Source: a virus
Lineage: Duplodnaviria > Heunggongvirae > Uroviricota > Caudoviricetes
IMG/VR virus record: IMGVR_UViG_3300021431_002946
Span: 32,001 to 96,000 of that record
Strand: one strand, 5' to 3'
DNA length: 64,000 nucleotides
Shown: piece by piece, positions 18,349 through 28,219 of the stretch
How the letters are laid out: each line of letters opens with the position of its first letter
Numbering within the stretch: the first letter of the stretch is position 1
Program-made: the position numbers and the translations under genes
Notes under the pieces: generated by a model
Seen by the model: only the letters and a program-made list of their open reading frames with translations
Database searches by the model: none
Told to the model about the DNA's origin: nothing

Positions 18349-18801
18349 ATGTCAGATTTAAACTGGAATAATGGAAAAATATTTTTAGATAATAATTATT
18401 CAAATGAAATTATATTTACAGAAATAAAAGTAGATAAAGTTAATATAGATCCAACCATTGTTAATCTTTATTTTTCAGGTGAATGTTATATAGATAGTAG
18501 ATTATTTAGTAAAATATCTTTAAAATTTGATGCATTAATGCAAATTCAAATTAAAGATCTTGAAAATCAATTAAAAGATAGTAATAAAATTCAATTTGAT
18601 ACTATTGAATTTGATCTTAAAAATAATAAATTTAATTGCAAATCTGAAACTTGGGATGAAATAATTCGTTTTTATTCTGAAGGTGAAGATAAATATAGAG
18701 AATTTTATGAATTAGATTCAGATGAAATTCAAGAACTTTTAGATAAATTTTCAAATATATTAATACCAAATCATTATGGCTTTGAATTTTATAATAATTA
18801 A
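18349..18801 (+). CDS. hypothetical protein
   Basis: AAGGAG SD. Confidence 0.65.
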   Translation: MSDLNWNNGKIFLDNNYSNEIIFTEIKVDKVNIDPTIVNLYFSGECYIDSRLFSKISLKFDALMQIQIKDLENQLKDSNKIQFDTIEFDLKNNKFNCKSETWDEIIRFYSEGEDKYREFYELDSDEIQELLDKFSNILIPNHYGFEFYNN

Positions 18802-18815
18802 AGGAGAACAAAATT

Positions 18816-19595
18816 ATGCATTTTGATTTAAATGAAAGAGCATATGTGTATGAAGAATGGTTTAAAGATAAGTATGGAAAAATTATTTCTGATAATATAG
18901 AAGAAATAGTAAAAAATGTAAAACCGAGTAAATATTATAAATATATAGATAAAGTTAGTTCTATATCATTATCTGGAAATGATTTAATCATAAAATATAA
19001 TAATTTTTTAACATGTAAAGTTAAAGATATAAAATATAAAGTGATTGAATATGTTAATGACCGTATAGAAATTGATTTTAATGATGGATTTTTTTTAGAA
19101 GATATATTTATTAATCATCCAGAGTTATATATAGACTCATATCCTACAGCAGATGAATCATTAATTGAACTTTTAAAAAATACAGAGGATAATTCAAATT
19201 TACCAGAATTAAAACCACTTTTATATAAACAAGCACTTTGGCATGGAGATGAAGGTGTGTCTGTTTTTATTGAAGGTAAATTTTATAAACAATATAATGT
19301 ATCATATACATTAACAGATATAGAAACAATTAAAACAATTGAACAATTGTCAAATTTATGGGATTTTGCAAAATATTTAATTGATTGGAATGACGAAGTT
19401 GTTATAGAAGATACACATATAAAAAATAAAAAAGATTTTATTATTTATTTAGTAAAAAGTGAAATAATTGATATTGACATTAATGCAGAATGTATATTAC
19501 ATCAGTTATTAAAAGAGGAAGTAATAGATTATGATGATATAGATGGTGCAACTGCAGAAATACTTACAGAAATGCTAGATGATAAAGGAGTATAA
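18816..19595 (+). CDS. hypothetical protein
   Basis: AAAGGAG SD. Confidence 0.7.
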   Translation: MHFDLNERAYVYEEWFKDKYGKIISDNIEEIVKNVKPSKYYKYIDKVSSISLSGNDLIIKYNNFLTCKVKDIKYKVIEYVNDRIEIDFNDGFFLEDIFINHPELYIDSYPTADESLIELLKNTEDNSNLPELKPLLYKQALWHGDEGVSVFIEGKFYKQYNVSYTLTDIETIKTIEQLSNLWDFAKYLIDWNDEVVIEDTHIKNKKDFIIYLVKSEIIDIDINAECILHQLLKEEVIDYDDIDGATAEILTEMLDDKGV

Positions 19596-19598
19596 AAA

Positions 19599-20549
19599 AT
19601 GGAATATCTTTTACAACAATATGAAGATGGAACATTCGGTTATTTAGGTATTGACGGTAATGAACATTATAATCTAACTACTGACTCAAAAGTGATTTGT
19701 ACTCAAAAAGAAAGTGAAGACAGAGATGAGTTTATTGCTAAAAATAAAATTACTTTTAAACCTAACCAATATGGTTCTAATATTAAATTAGATAGAATGG
19801 TTAATCATTGGGATATACTTAATCATAAATCAGTTGCTTATCAAGGTTATGGGCTTGAAAAACTTATTAATGATAGGTGGGCTGAAACTCGAGCTGTAGT
19901 AGCTTCTCAAGGTTATAGACTAGAAAAACTTATTAACGATGAAGATTGGCGTGTTCGTCGTGAAGTAGCAAAACAAAAATATAGACTTGATATACTTATT
20001 AATGATGAAGATTTTCATGTTCGTATAGTAGTAGCGGCACTAGGTTATGGCTTAGATAAACTTATTAATGATGAAAATTTCTATGTTCGTACAAATGTAG
20101 CTAATCGAGGTTATGGCTTAGATAAACTTATTAATGATACACATTGGATGGTTCGTAGTTCAGTAGCTTCTCAAGGTTATGGATTTGAAAAACTTATTGC
20201 AGACAAAAATGAATTCGTTCATAAAGAAGTAGTTAAATATTTAAATGAAAAAGCAGATGATAATTTTATTATTGATTTAGGTAATAAATTATTAGACGTA
20301 GGTTATAAGTTAAGTACAAATGATATATTAATGATTTTTGAAGACGAAACTACAACAAAGTTTAAAAAATTTGAAGAGAATAACTTTTATCCAAAAAATA
20401 ATGTTTATCGTATTTTAGCTAGATTATTGTGGAAAAATATTCGTGTTAAAGATATTTATGATCCGAATAATCCTGCATTAGTAGAAATTTATTTAAAACA
20501 AAAAAGTTTATTAAAAGATACAGATTCTATTATTGATAATTTAGAATAA
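19599..20549 (+). CDS. HEAT/leucine-rich-variant-like repeat protein
   Basis: Six 22-aa repeats (xGYGLDKLINDxxxxVRxxVAx) at ~19842-20237. Confidence 0.75.
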   Translation: MEYLLQQYEDGTFGYLGIDGNEHYNLTTDSKVICTQKESEDRDEFIAKNKITFKPNQYGSNIKLDRMVNHWDILNHKSVAYQGYGLEKLINDRWAETRAVVASQGYRLEKLINDEDWRVRREVAKQKYRLDILINDEDFHVRIVVAALGYGLDKLINDENFYVRTNVANRGYGLDKLINDTHWMVRSSVASQGYGFEKLIADKNEFVHKEVVKYLNEKADDNFIIDLGNKLLDVGYKLSTNDILMIFEDETTTKFKKFEENNFYPKNNVYRILARLLWKNIRVKDIYDPNNPALVEIYLKQKSLLKDTDSIIDNLE

Positions 20550-20561
20550 GGAGCATAAATT

Positions 20562-21254
20562 ATGAAAATAATTAAAGATAAATTATATAATGCAATACGT
20601 GATTCTAGATTTTCTGATGTAAATATTACTAATATTCAATATAATGATGATGAAGCAATAATAACTGTAGAAGCAGATGATCATAGAAGTTATGATAATC
20701 AGTCTGGTTTTGGAAATATTGAATTTAAATTTACTATTGATAATGATGGTAATGCATCTAATTTTGAATATATTTATTATGATAATGAAGATATGGCAAA
20801 AGGTGCAGATGGATTATGCAAAACAACTTTACCGGATGAAGACGATCCTACTTATTCAGATTGTGTTGAAAAAATAGTTCAAGAACAATTAGATTATGCA
20901 AAAAGTAATAATAGTGAGCTTTTTAACTTTTTTGGATTATATACAAATTATTCAAATTGTTTAGATGAAACAGAACAAGAAATAAAAGAAGTATTTTCAA
21001 AATATTTTACAATTAATAAAATTGAAGTTGATAATTGGGATGTATATGAAATAGATATAGATGATAAAATGTATTTTAATGTTTCATATGATGAAAAAAC
21101 ATATGAATGGAATGTAGCATTTTATATAATTGATTACAAAGATTATGAGTCGGATGATTGTGATACTTTAGAAAAAGCACTTGTGGATGCAATGAAAAAA
21201 GCTTATAATGACGTAAAAAATGTTATTGTAGTATTTAATAAATTTTTTAAATAA
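20562..21254 (+). CDS. hypothetical protein (two shuffled domains)
   Basis: N-terminus like 16927, C-terminus like 28584/29006. Confidence 0.7.
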   Translation: MKIIKDKLYNAIRDSRFSDVNITNIQYNDDEAIITVEADDHRSYDNQSGFGNIEFKFTIDNDGNASNFEYIYYDNEDMAKGADGLCKTTLPDEDDPTYSDCVEKIVQEQLDYAKSNNSELFNFFGLYTNYSNCLDETEQEIKEVFSKYFTINKIEVDNWDVYEIDIDDKMYFNVSYDEKTYEWNVAFYIIDYKDYESDDCDTLEKALVDAMKKAYNDVKNVIVVFNKFFK

Positions 21255-21273
21255 TAAAGGAGAAATATAAGAT

Positions 21274-21465
21274 ATGTTGGTACGTGACGTTGCAGAAAAA
21301 CTTGATTCAAATATAGCTTTAGTTATATTTAATACAAAAGGAAAACATATATATGGTGGAGATCGTAGTTCATGTATTAAGCATGCTGGAGAAGATATTC
21401 TTAATGCTGAAGTACAAGAATTAAGTACAACTCTACGTGGTGATATAATGGTTACAATAGATTAA
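21274..21465 (+). CDS. small hypothetical protein
   Basis: AAAGGAG SD. Confidence 0.6.
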   Translation: MLVRDVAEKLDSNIALVIFNTKGKHIYGGDRSSCIKHAGEDILNAEVQELSTTLRGDIMVTID

Positions 21466-21486
21466 TAGTTGAGATATTTTGTAAAA

Positions 21487-21515
21487 ATTGAATTTATATA
21501 CACTGAAGTTATTTT
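21487..21515 (+). repeat. highly degenerate solitary CRISPR-like repeat
   Basis: ATTGAATTTATATACACTGAAGTTATTTT matches the 3968 repeat at 21/29 positions by eye; downstream context resembles the 1346 copy; hairpin lost. Confidence 0.35.
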
Positions 21516-21557
21516 TTAAAAAATTTTAAATAAAAGGAATTTAAAAAGGAATAAAAT

Positions 21558-21863
21558 ATGTACATAAAAATTTGGTTAGATGATATAAGAGAAGCTCCTA
21601 TTGATTATGAAAGAACTCATTCTGTTAATGAAACTAAGCAATTAGTATTAAAAAATCAAGATGCTAAGACTATCTATTTTGACTTAGATCATGATTTAGG
21701 AGAATATGCCTCTGATGGAGGAGATGCTATCAAATTAGTAGATTGGCTTATAGAAACATATCATGATAAAAATAAACACTTTGTATTTCATTTCCATTCT
21801 ATGAATCCAGTTGGAGTGGATAATATGAAACGTGCTGTTGAAAGATATTGGGAAGTAATATAA
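21558..21863 (+). CDS. cyclic-phosphate processing receiver-like domain protein
   Basis: IWLDDIR, DLDHDLG and HSMNPVG motifs. Confidence 0.75.
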   Translation: MYIKIWLDDIREAPIDYERTHSVNETKQLVLKNQDAKTIYFDLDHDLGEYASDGGDAIKLVDWLIETYHDKNKHFVFHFHSMNPVGVDNMKRAVERYWEVI

Positions 21864-21925
21864 AAGTCTATTTATCTATAATAGTGGAATGTGAGCAATA
21901 CCTAACCTTTGGTTAGGTATTTTTT
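21862..21925 (+). promoter_or_regulatory. promoter + stem-loop cassette
   Basis: AAAAGTCTATTTATCTATAATAG..TGTGAGC-AATACCTAACC/GGTTAGGTATT + T tract. Confidence 0.75.
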
Positions 21926-21945
21926 ATAATAAAGGAGAATAGTAT

Positions 21946-22383
21946 ATGATTATTGAACCTAAATGGATTGAAGAGGCAAAAGAAGAGTATAAAGGATTTA
22001 CATATTTGGTACTTGCTTGTTGTAATAAAGGTTATCGTTGTGGATATATACAAATTCCTGAAGGACATCCTTATTATGAAAATAGAGAATTTACCAAATT
22101 TAATGCTGGTTATGAAATAAATTGGGGACTCACTTTTAGTGGAAGACTTAGAGGTCAAACAGGTTGGTGGATTGGTTTTGACTGTCATCATATCAATAAT
22201 GGTGTGGATGTAGAGTTAATTCGTAATAATTATTCTACAGAAGAATTTAAACAGATTTTAGATGAACTTGAAGAAACCGAAAACTTTTATGGTTATGCTC
22301 CTTCTAAAATAGACGTAGAAAGAGATTGTATGAGTATTATAGATGAATTGTTAGATGGTAGAATTTTAATATTGGAGGATTGA
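21946..22383 (+). CDS. hypothetical phage-type protein
   Basis: GYRCGYI..HP..GLTF..WWIGFDCHH motifs. Confidence 0.75.
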   Translation: MIIEPKWIEEAKEEYKGFTYLVLACCNKGYRCGYIQIPEGHPYYENREFTKFNAGYEINWGLTFSGRLRGQTGWWIGFDCHHINNGVDVELIRNNYSTEEFKQILDELEETENFYGYAPSKIDVERDCMSIIDELLDGRILILED

Positions 22384-22385
22384 AT

Positions 22386-22679
22386 ATGGTTATTTTTGAA
22401 AATGAATGTTTCAGATTTGAAAAGTATGATGTAGGAGAAGAATCTTCATTTGCTATTATCAGTCAAGGAGATGCTCTTGATGCAGGAGTTACTTTAAATT
22501 TAGAAGAAAATTATAAAACACCAAAAAAATATATAGAAATTAAGATAAATTACACTAAATTGCCTCCAGTTAATCCTTTTGAAGGACTGAAAGGTAAGAT
22601 AAATGCAGAAATTGCAGCTATGGATATTTCACGTAAAATAATTAAGTACCTTAAAGAAAATGATTTATGGGCAGGTTAA
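22386..22679 (+). CDS. hypothetical protein
   Basis: GGAGG SD. Confidence 0.65.
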   Translation: MVIFENECFRFEKYDVGEESSFAIISQGDALDAGVTLNLEENYKTPKKYIEIKINYTKLPPVNPFEGLKGKINAEIAAMDISRKIIKYLKENDLWAG

Positions 22680-22688
22680 GAATATTTA

Positions 22689-22717
22689 ATTATCTCTATA
22701 TGTATGGAGGTTATTTC
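22689..22717 (+). repeat. solitary type I-E-like CRISPR repeat
   Basis: ATTATCTCTATATGTATGGAGGTTATTTC, intergenic, hairpin retained with a G-U pair. Confidence 0.7.
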
Positions 22718-22718
22718 T

Positions 22719-22784
22719 AAAGACTATTTAATTATAATAGTATGAATGTGAACAATACCTGATCTTTTTTGGTCAGGTATTTTC
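22719..22784 (+). promoter_or_regulatory. promoter + stem-loop cassette
   Basis: AAAGACTATTTAATTATAATAG..TGTGAAC-AATACCTGATC/GGTCAGGTATT. Confidence 0.75.
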
Positions 22785-22803
22785 TTTGAAAGGGGCTTTT
22801 ATT

Positions 22804-23136
22804 ATGCAACTAGACAATTTTTTAAAACAAGATTGGACTCACATTGATTTACAAGCATGTAATTTATATGTAATACTTGATGACGTTGGTGCAATTACAT
22901 ATTTACAAAGAGATTTAAAAATAATTGATGATATAACTTTAAGTAATGCACAACAAAAATTAAGGGAAATATTAGAAGAAAAAGGTGTAAAAATTGAATA
23001 TGTAGACTATAAAACTTGTGTTAAAATTTCACCTGCAGAATATTATGAATTAATTGAAAATTATAATATAAGAATTGATACCTTTATAATTAGTAAATTC
23101 TATGATGCTCCTACATTTTTATTAAAATTATCTTAA
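22804..23136 (+). CDS. hypothetical protein
   Basis: AAAGGGG SD. Confidence 0.6.
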   Translation: MQLDNFLKQDWTHIDLQACNLYVILDDVGAITYLQRDLKIIDDITLSNAQQKLREILEEKGVKIEYVDYKTCVKISPAEYYELIENYNIRIDTFIISKFYDAPTFLLKLS

Positions 23137-23326
23137 AGGAAAAAACTACGACATTAAAAAATATTGTGAAAAGTTTAATATAGATTATGATAAATTATTA
23201 AATACATTAAAAGAATATATGTGAGAAGAAGATGATAATATATTAAGACTTAAAATGGATTATGAAACTAATTGACTTACAAAATTAAAGTTAATTGCAA
23301 AAGACAATAATTAAAAGGAGAAATAT

Positions 23327-23680
23327 ATGAATTTAATACAGTTAATTAAGCCTTGTACATCTAATTATGAAGTAAGGATAAATAATGCATTTGATTTTAT
23401 AACATATTGTGGTAAATATAAAGACGAAATTAATGGTTATAAGCTTATTATAGTTGGTCAACATTTAAGAGATTTTGATTATAAAGATGCAATTAGAGAA
23501 GTAGTAGATAAAAATCCTGAGTCATTTAGACTTGTAGGTAATGAAATTACTTTAAAAACTTCAAATATGGATCGTATTATCAACTTAGAAGTTAAAGAAT
23601 TTAGAGCTGAAGATGATAATATTATTGTAATTGTTTATTATAAACATAATGGAGCAGATGTTGTTTGGCCACTTGCATAA
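23327..23680 (+). CDS. hypothetical protein
   Basis: AAAGGAG SD. Confidence 0.7.
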   Translation: MNLIQLIKPCTSNYEVRINNAFDFITYCGKYKDEINGYKLIIVGQHLRDFDYKDAIREVVDKNPESFRLVGNEITLKTSNMDRIINLEVKEFRAEDDNIIVIVYYKHNGADVVWPLA

Positions 23681-23692
23681 AGGAGAAATATT

Positions 23693-24454
23693 ATGAAACA
23701 AAAAACTATTGAAAAATTTGAAAAATGGTGTAAAGATATAGGTGCTGATTATAATAGTGACTTTGTAGATAATGAAAATGATTTTCCAAATTATAATTGG
23801 GATGATGAAGAATGTTGTTTTCAAGGAAAATATGATGGAGGTCTTTTCATTTTAAAACTTATCGATTATGGTGAAAAAACTGATACTGGTTCAGCTAATG
23901 GTATTGAAATAAGAGAATTAGTATGGAATGAAGAATTTGAAACGTATTGTTGGTGGGCTGAAGGTGGAAAATCAAATATTTATAATCGCATAATAAGAAC
24001 TGATTTATCAAAAAATGGTATAAAATCTATACAAGAATGGATAGCTGCTCATACTACATATCCTAAATTTCCTAATTTCAGTATAAGTGATTTTATTTAT
24101 CTAGTTAAAGATTTTGTTTATAAAGTAGATGAGTCTAAAACATTAAAAGTTGAATCTGATTATGATTCTATTGACAAATTTTTTGATAGTGACTTTAAAA
24201 GTGGAGATAGTCTTGTAATTAAAGCTGCTAATGTAAATATAACTCTTATTACTATTGAAAAAGTTATTATAGATGAAGAGGAAATGTTTAGATTTATTGT
24301 TGATATTTCTACAGATAAAAACGATGAATTTAAGATCAAAACTACTTTTGATTCTCAAGAAAAGTTCAGATCTTTACTCGAAGCTACCATAAATGCTTTA
24401 AAAGAATATAAAGAATTTTATAAATATGCAGAAGATTTAGAAAATTGTCTATAA
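23693..24454 (+). CDS. hypothetical protein; C-terminal domain shared with 26124
   Basis: LKVESDYDSIDKFFDSDF..LENCL. Confidence 0.7.
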   Translation: MKQKTIEKFEKWCKDIGADYNSDFVDNENDFPNYNWDDEECCFQGKYDGGLFILKLIDYGEKTDTGSANGIEIRELVWNEEFETYCWWAEGGKSNIYNRIIRTDLSKNGIKSIQEWIAAHTTYPKFPNFSISDFIYLVKDFVYKVDESKTLKVESDYDSIDKFFDSDFKSGDSLVIKAANVNITLITIEKVIIDEEEMFRFIVDISTDKNDEFKIKTTFDSQEKFRSLLEATINALKEYKEFYKYAEDLENCL

Positions 24455-24485
24455 ATATTAAAATTAAAATAAGGAGAATAAAATT

Positions 24486-24851
24486 ATGAATATTATACTT
24501 TCAGATATTAGAGACGGTCTTGTTAAAAGTGGTATAAAAAATAAAATGGCTGTTTCTGGAGAGTCATTAGTTATTAAATTAAGTGATAAAAATTTAATGA
24601 CAATTTTTCTTACAACAGATGAATATGGCTATAGTTACATTAATTATAAAATTATGGTTTATCAAACTGGAAATGTATTAGAAGAAAATACGATTGATAA
24701 TCAAAAATTAGATAATCAACCATTAAATGAGGAAACTTGGGGTCGTGACCAAAATTCCTATGATTATGATTCTAAAGATGTATTTGAAGTTTTGCCTAAA
24801 ACTATGGAAGAACTATTAGACGCATTTAACTTTTTTAATGAGGAGAATTAA
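24486..24851 (+). CDS. hypothetical protein (tandem paralog of 24854)
   Basis: MNIxxSD..GIKNKM..VYQTGN shared. Confidence 0.7.
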   Translation: MNIILSDIRDGLVKSGIKNKMAVSGESLVIKLSDKNLMTIFLTTDEYGYSYINYKIMVYQTGNVLEENTIDNQKLDNQPLNEETWGRDQNSYDYDSKDVFEVLPKTMEELLDAFNFFNEEN

Positions 24852-24853
24852 TT

Positions 24854-25273
24854 ATGAATATTGTAATATCAGACCTTAAAGATGCTTTAGTAAATTACGG
24901 CATTAAAAATAAAATGTTAGCTAAAGGCGGTAGTTTAGCTATAAAATTAAATAATAGTAATATATGTATTATTACATTAAACGAAAAACATATCTATTAT
25001 AACCAATCTTTATTATATACTATACAAGTATATCAAACAGGAAATACTTTAGAATCAAATTATATACGTATTCCAAATTTTTTACCTCATGGTATAACAG
25101 AATATTATGCTGATTATAATAGAGGAATAAATGGAGAAAAGGGATGTTATGGATATTATCAACGTCAATATGGAGACCCTATTGACATTTATGAATCTCA
25201 AGATTTATTAGAGTTAATTCCAGGTGTTATTGAAGATTTAGTGGAAGTAATTAATTTTTATAATGGAGATTAA
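24854..25273 (+). CDS. hypothetical protein (tandem paralog of 24486)
   Basis: MNIxxSD..GIKNKM..VYQTGN shared with 24486. Confidence 0.7.
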   Translation: MNIVISDLKDALVNYGIKNKMLAKGGSLAIKLNNSNICIITLNEKHIYYNQSLLYTIQVYQTGNTLESNYIRIPNFLPHGITEYYADYNRGINGEKGCYGYYQRQYGDPIDIYESQDLLELIPGVIEDLVEVINFYNGD

Positions 25274-25276
25274 AAT

Positions 25277-26086
25277 ATGGATTATAGATTACAACAATAT
25301 GAAGATGGTACATTTGGTTATTTGAATGTTGATGGTGATAGATATGAAAATACTACAACTGGTTCTAAAGTAGTATTACAACAATCTTTTCATGAAGATA
25401 GAGAAGATTTTATTGAAAATAATCACATAGAATTTCAGAATAATCAATATGGTTCAAATTTATTCAAAGATATAATTATTATAGAAGGTTCCGCTGATGA
25501 AAAAATAGGATTAATACATGATAGATATGGTTTAGATAAATTAGTAACTGATTCTGATGAAAAAGTAAGAAAAGCAGTAGCATATCAAGATTATCATACT
25601 ACAACTATTGATATATCGAAAATATTACCACCTATTATAGATAAATTAGAAAAATTAGCTCAAAATTCTATATATGCTATAAAGGTTACTTCAAAAGCTA
25701 GACCACAGTCTTGGCCTGGACCTGTAAGTATGGATTATTTCTTTGAATATTATTTTACAGTTAATTTTAATGAAGATGATTTAACAGCGTATTTTGATGG
25801 TACTCTTAATAGTGATGGTAGTATGTGGGGTACATCTTATAAATCTTCAAATGTAACAAAAACCATAAAATATACTAAAAAGTTATTAGAGATAAAAGAA
25901 CTTTTAAGTTCATTAAAAATAACAGAAGTAAAATATATAGCAAATGAAAAAATATCTGAAACTTCTTATAGCATAAATAATAAAGTTTTAGAGATATATG
26001 GTCCTAAAGATATAAGTACTAAAACTAATAATCAACGTTCGCATGATGACCATGCATATGATCCTAAATACTGGGGCTGGACATAA
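25277..26086 (+). CDS. hypothetical protein; N-terminus shared with 19599
   Basis: LQQYEDGTFGYL..NQYGSN; one 22-aa repeat. Confidence 0.7.
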   Translation: MDYRLQQYEDGTFGYLNVDGDRYENTTTGSKVVLQQSFHEDREDFIENNHIEFQNNQYGSNLFKDIIIIEGSADEKIGLIHDRYGLDKLVTDSDEKVRKAVAYQDYHTTTIDISKILPPIIDKLEKLAQNSIYAIKVTSKARPQSWPGPVSMDYFFEYYFTVNFNEDDLTAYFDGTLNSDGSMWGTSYKSSNVTKTIKYTKKLLEIKELLSSLKITEVKYIANEKISETSYSINNKVLEIYGPKDISTKTNNQRSHDDHAYDPKYWGWT

Positions 26087-26123
26087 AGAATAGAATTTAA
26101 TACTATCTATAAGGAGAAATATT

Positions 26124-26927
26124 ATGAAAATTAAAATTTTAGATTGTAAATTATTATCTATAGACAAAGCTAATAAAGTAAATAAAAATATTAGAGAACA
26201 CGGTCGTTGGTGGTGGCTCCAATCACCTGCTGATTATTATCCTAATCGTGTTGCTTATGTTGATCACGGTGGCGAGATTTGCACAGTTGGTATTCATGTT
26301 GACTGCGAGAGTGGTATTCGCCCTGTTTTGCATCTCGAATCTAATGCAGGTAAATCCTTTAGATTAGCAAATCTTAATTGGATTAATGTCTTTGATAATG
26401 TTTATCTCTCTGAGTATTTTATTGGTTACGATATATTTGATAAAAAATCAAATCAATATGAGGGTTCACATATTCAAAAGTTTATTATATCTTGGTTTAA
26501 AAGTCAAAATTTAAAATTTAATACTGAAATTGAACTTGATACGCTAGAAAATGATATATTAAATGAATATACTACAGCAATAGCTAAGTTTATACATAAA
26601 GTAAATGAGTTAGATAGCTTAAAAGTTCAAACTGAATATGATTCAATAAATGAATTTTTTAATTCTGATTTTCAAGATGATATAAAATTAGACACTTTAG
26701 TCATATGTACAGCATATACAAAAACACCTTTAATAAAATTAGTTAAAAATAAAAATTGTTATGAATTTATAGTAGATATAACTACTGAAGATAAAGATAA
26801 TTTTAGTTTTAAATCATTTATTGAAACACGAGATCAATTATATCAAAAAATAAATCAAACAATTGAAGCTTTAAAACAATATAGTAAATTTCATAATTAT
26901 GTTATAGCTTTAGAAAATTGTCTATAA
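26124..26927 (+). CDS. DUF6273-like domain protein
   Basis: WWWLQSP..VAYV..G..GIRPVL motif; C-terminus shared with 23693. Confidence 0.65.
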   Translation: MKIKILDCKLLSIDKANKVNKNIREHGRWWWLQSPADYYPNRVAYVDHGGEICTVGIHVDCESGIRPVLHLESNAGKSFRLANLNWINVFDNVYLSEYFIGYDIFDKKSNQYEGSHIQKFIISWFKSQNLKFNTEIELDTLENDILNEYTTAIAKFIHKVNELDSLKVQTEYDSINEFFNSDFQDDIKLDTLVICTAYTKTPLIKLVKNKNCYEFIVDITTEDKDNFSFKSFIETRDQLYQKINQTIEALKQYSKFHNYVIALENCL

Positions 26928-26937
26928 GGAGAACATT

Positions 26938-27489
26938 ATGAATGTAAAAATAATACTTCAAACTAATATATTTCAAGTCTTTTTTGATGATAGACAATCT
27001 AATATAGATTTTCATAATTACATAAGCGAAAAAATAAAAATAAATTTACATAAAGAACTTGATATTAATGATGAACACTTAAATATAGTTATTAAGAATG
27101 AACAATATAAAGCTTTTGATGCATTCTCAAATATTGTTTGCTATATGGTAGTATATTCTAACGTTGAACATAAAAATGAGTCTCATTTTAATAGATTTTT
27201 ATTAAATAATAAAAAATTTAAAACAATGTTAAAAGAAGAAATAATTCCTGAATTATGTCAGCAAATAAAAGATTTACAATTAGCTTGTTTATCTAATACT
27301 GGTTATTCAAGCCCATCTTTTGAAAATTTAATATTTCAAAAAGGTATATATAGTGAAAAAATATGTCATATAGATCATTTAGATGATACCACTAATAATT
27401 GTAATTATAAAAAATTACCAATTGAGGTAACTAATGTAAAAATTGCAGATTATGCAAATGATATTGACATTGATGTAGATGAAATATAA
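26938..27489 (+). CDS. hypothetical protein
   Basis: AAGGAG SD. Confidence 0.65.
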   Translation: MNVKIILQTNIFQVFFDDRQSNIDFHNYISEKIKINLHKELDINDEHLNIVIKNEQYKAFDAFSNIVCYMVVYSNVEHKNESHFNRFLLNNKKFKTMLKEEIIPELCQQIKDLQLACLSNTGYSSPSFENLIFQKGIYSEKICHIDHLDDTTNNCNYKKLPIEVTNVKIADYANDIDIDVDEI

Positions 27490-27543
27490 ATAATAGAAGA
27501 ACAAATAATAATTTAGATAAAAAAATATAAGGAGAAAAGAAAA

Positions 27544-28059
27544 ATGTCAGACTTTTATGATGCAATATCAAAATATATTGATTATTCAACTTACGCTACA
27601 TTAGATATTACAACTAATTTAGTTTCAGATAGATCAGTTGAATATTGGTACGTAGAAAAAGCTAATTTTAAAGTTAGAGAAATTAGTAGTTCAAAAATAA
27701 TAAATGATTATAAAATTGAAGTTCATAGTCATGTTGGCGGAATAAATACAGTATTTCCAAATAGTATTATGACAGTTAGAATTTTAGATAATAATGATCG
27801 TAATGTTACATTTAATATTATTGATAAATTATTTAGTTCTAGAGCTGAATTTATTAATATAGTTAGAAATTTAGCTGAACAAGTTAAAGAACAATATAAT
27901 GCACAAAAATATAAAGTAATTGAAATAAATAAGGAAAATGGTTTCACTATAAAAAATGGAAAAGTTTGTATACCAGCTTTAGATTTAGAAACTGGTAAAA
28001 TGATAGATCCAGCAGAACTTAATATAATAACTGTAGAAATAAAATCTATTGATATTTGA
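27544..28059 (+). CDS. hypothetical protein
   Basis: AAGGAG SD. Confidence 0.65.
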   Translation: MSDFYDAISKYIDYSTYATLDITTNLVSDRSVEYWYVEKANFKVREISSSKIINDYKIEVHSHVGGINTVFPNSIMTVRILDNNDRNVTFNIIDKLFSSRAEFINIVRNLAEQVKEQYNAQKYKVIEINKENGFTIKNGKVCIPALDLETGKMIDPAELNIITVEIKSIDI

Positions 28060-28069
28060 TGGAGTAAAT

Positions 28070-28101
28070 AATACCTTACTCTTTTGAGTGAGGTATTTTT
28101 T
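28070..28101 (+). terminator. terminator-like hairpin of the AATACCT/AGGTATT family
   Basis: AATACCTTACTC-TTTT-GAGTGAGGTATT + T tract. Confidence 0.65.
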
Positions 28102-28219
28102 ATATTAAGGAGGAATAAATAATGTCTTATGAAACAATTAATGGTATAAAAGAATTTTATAAATAAGTATTTAAAATAGCAAAAAATATGAGCATACAGA
28201 ATCAAATTTTTATGATGGA

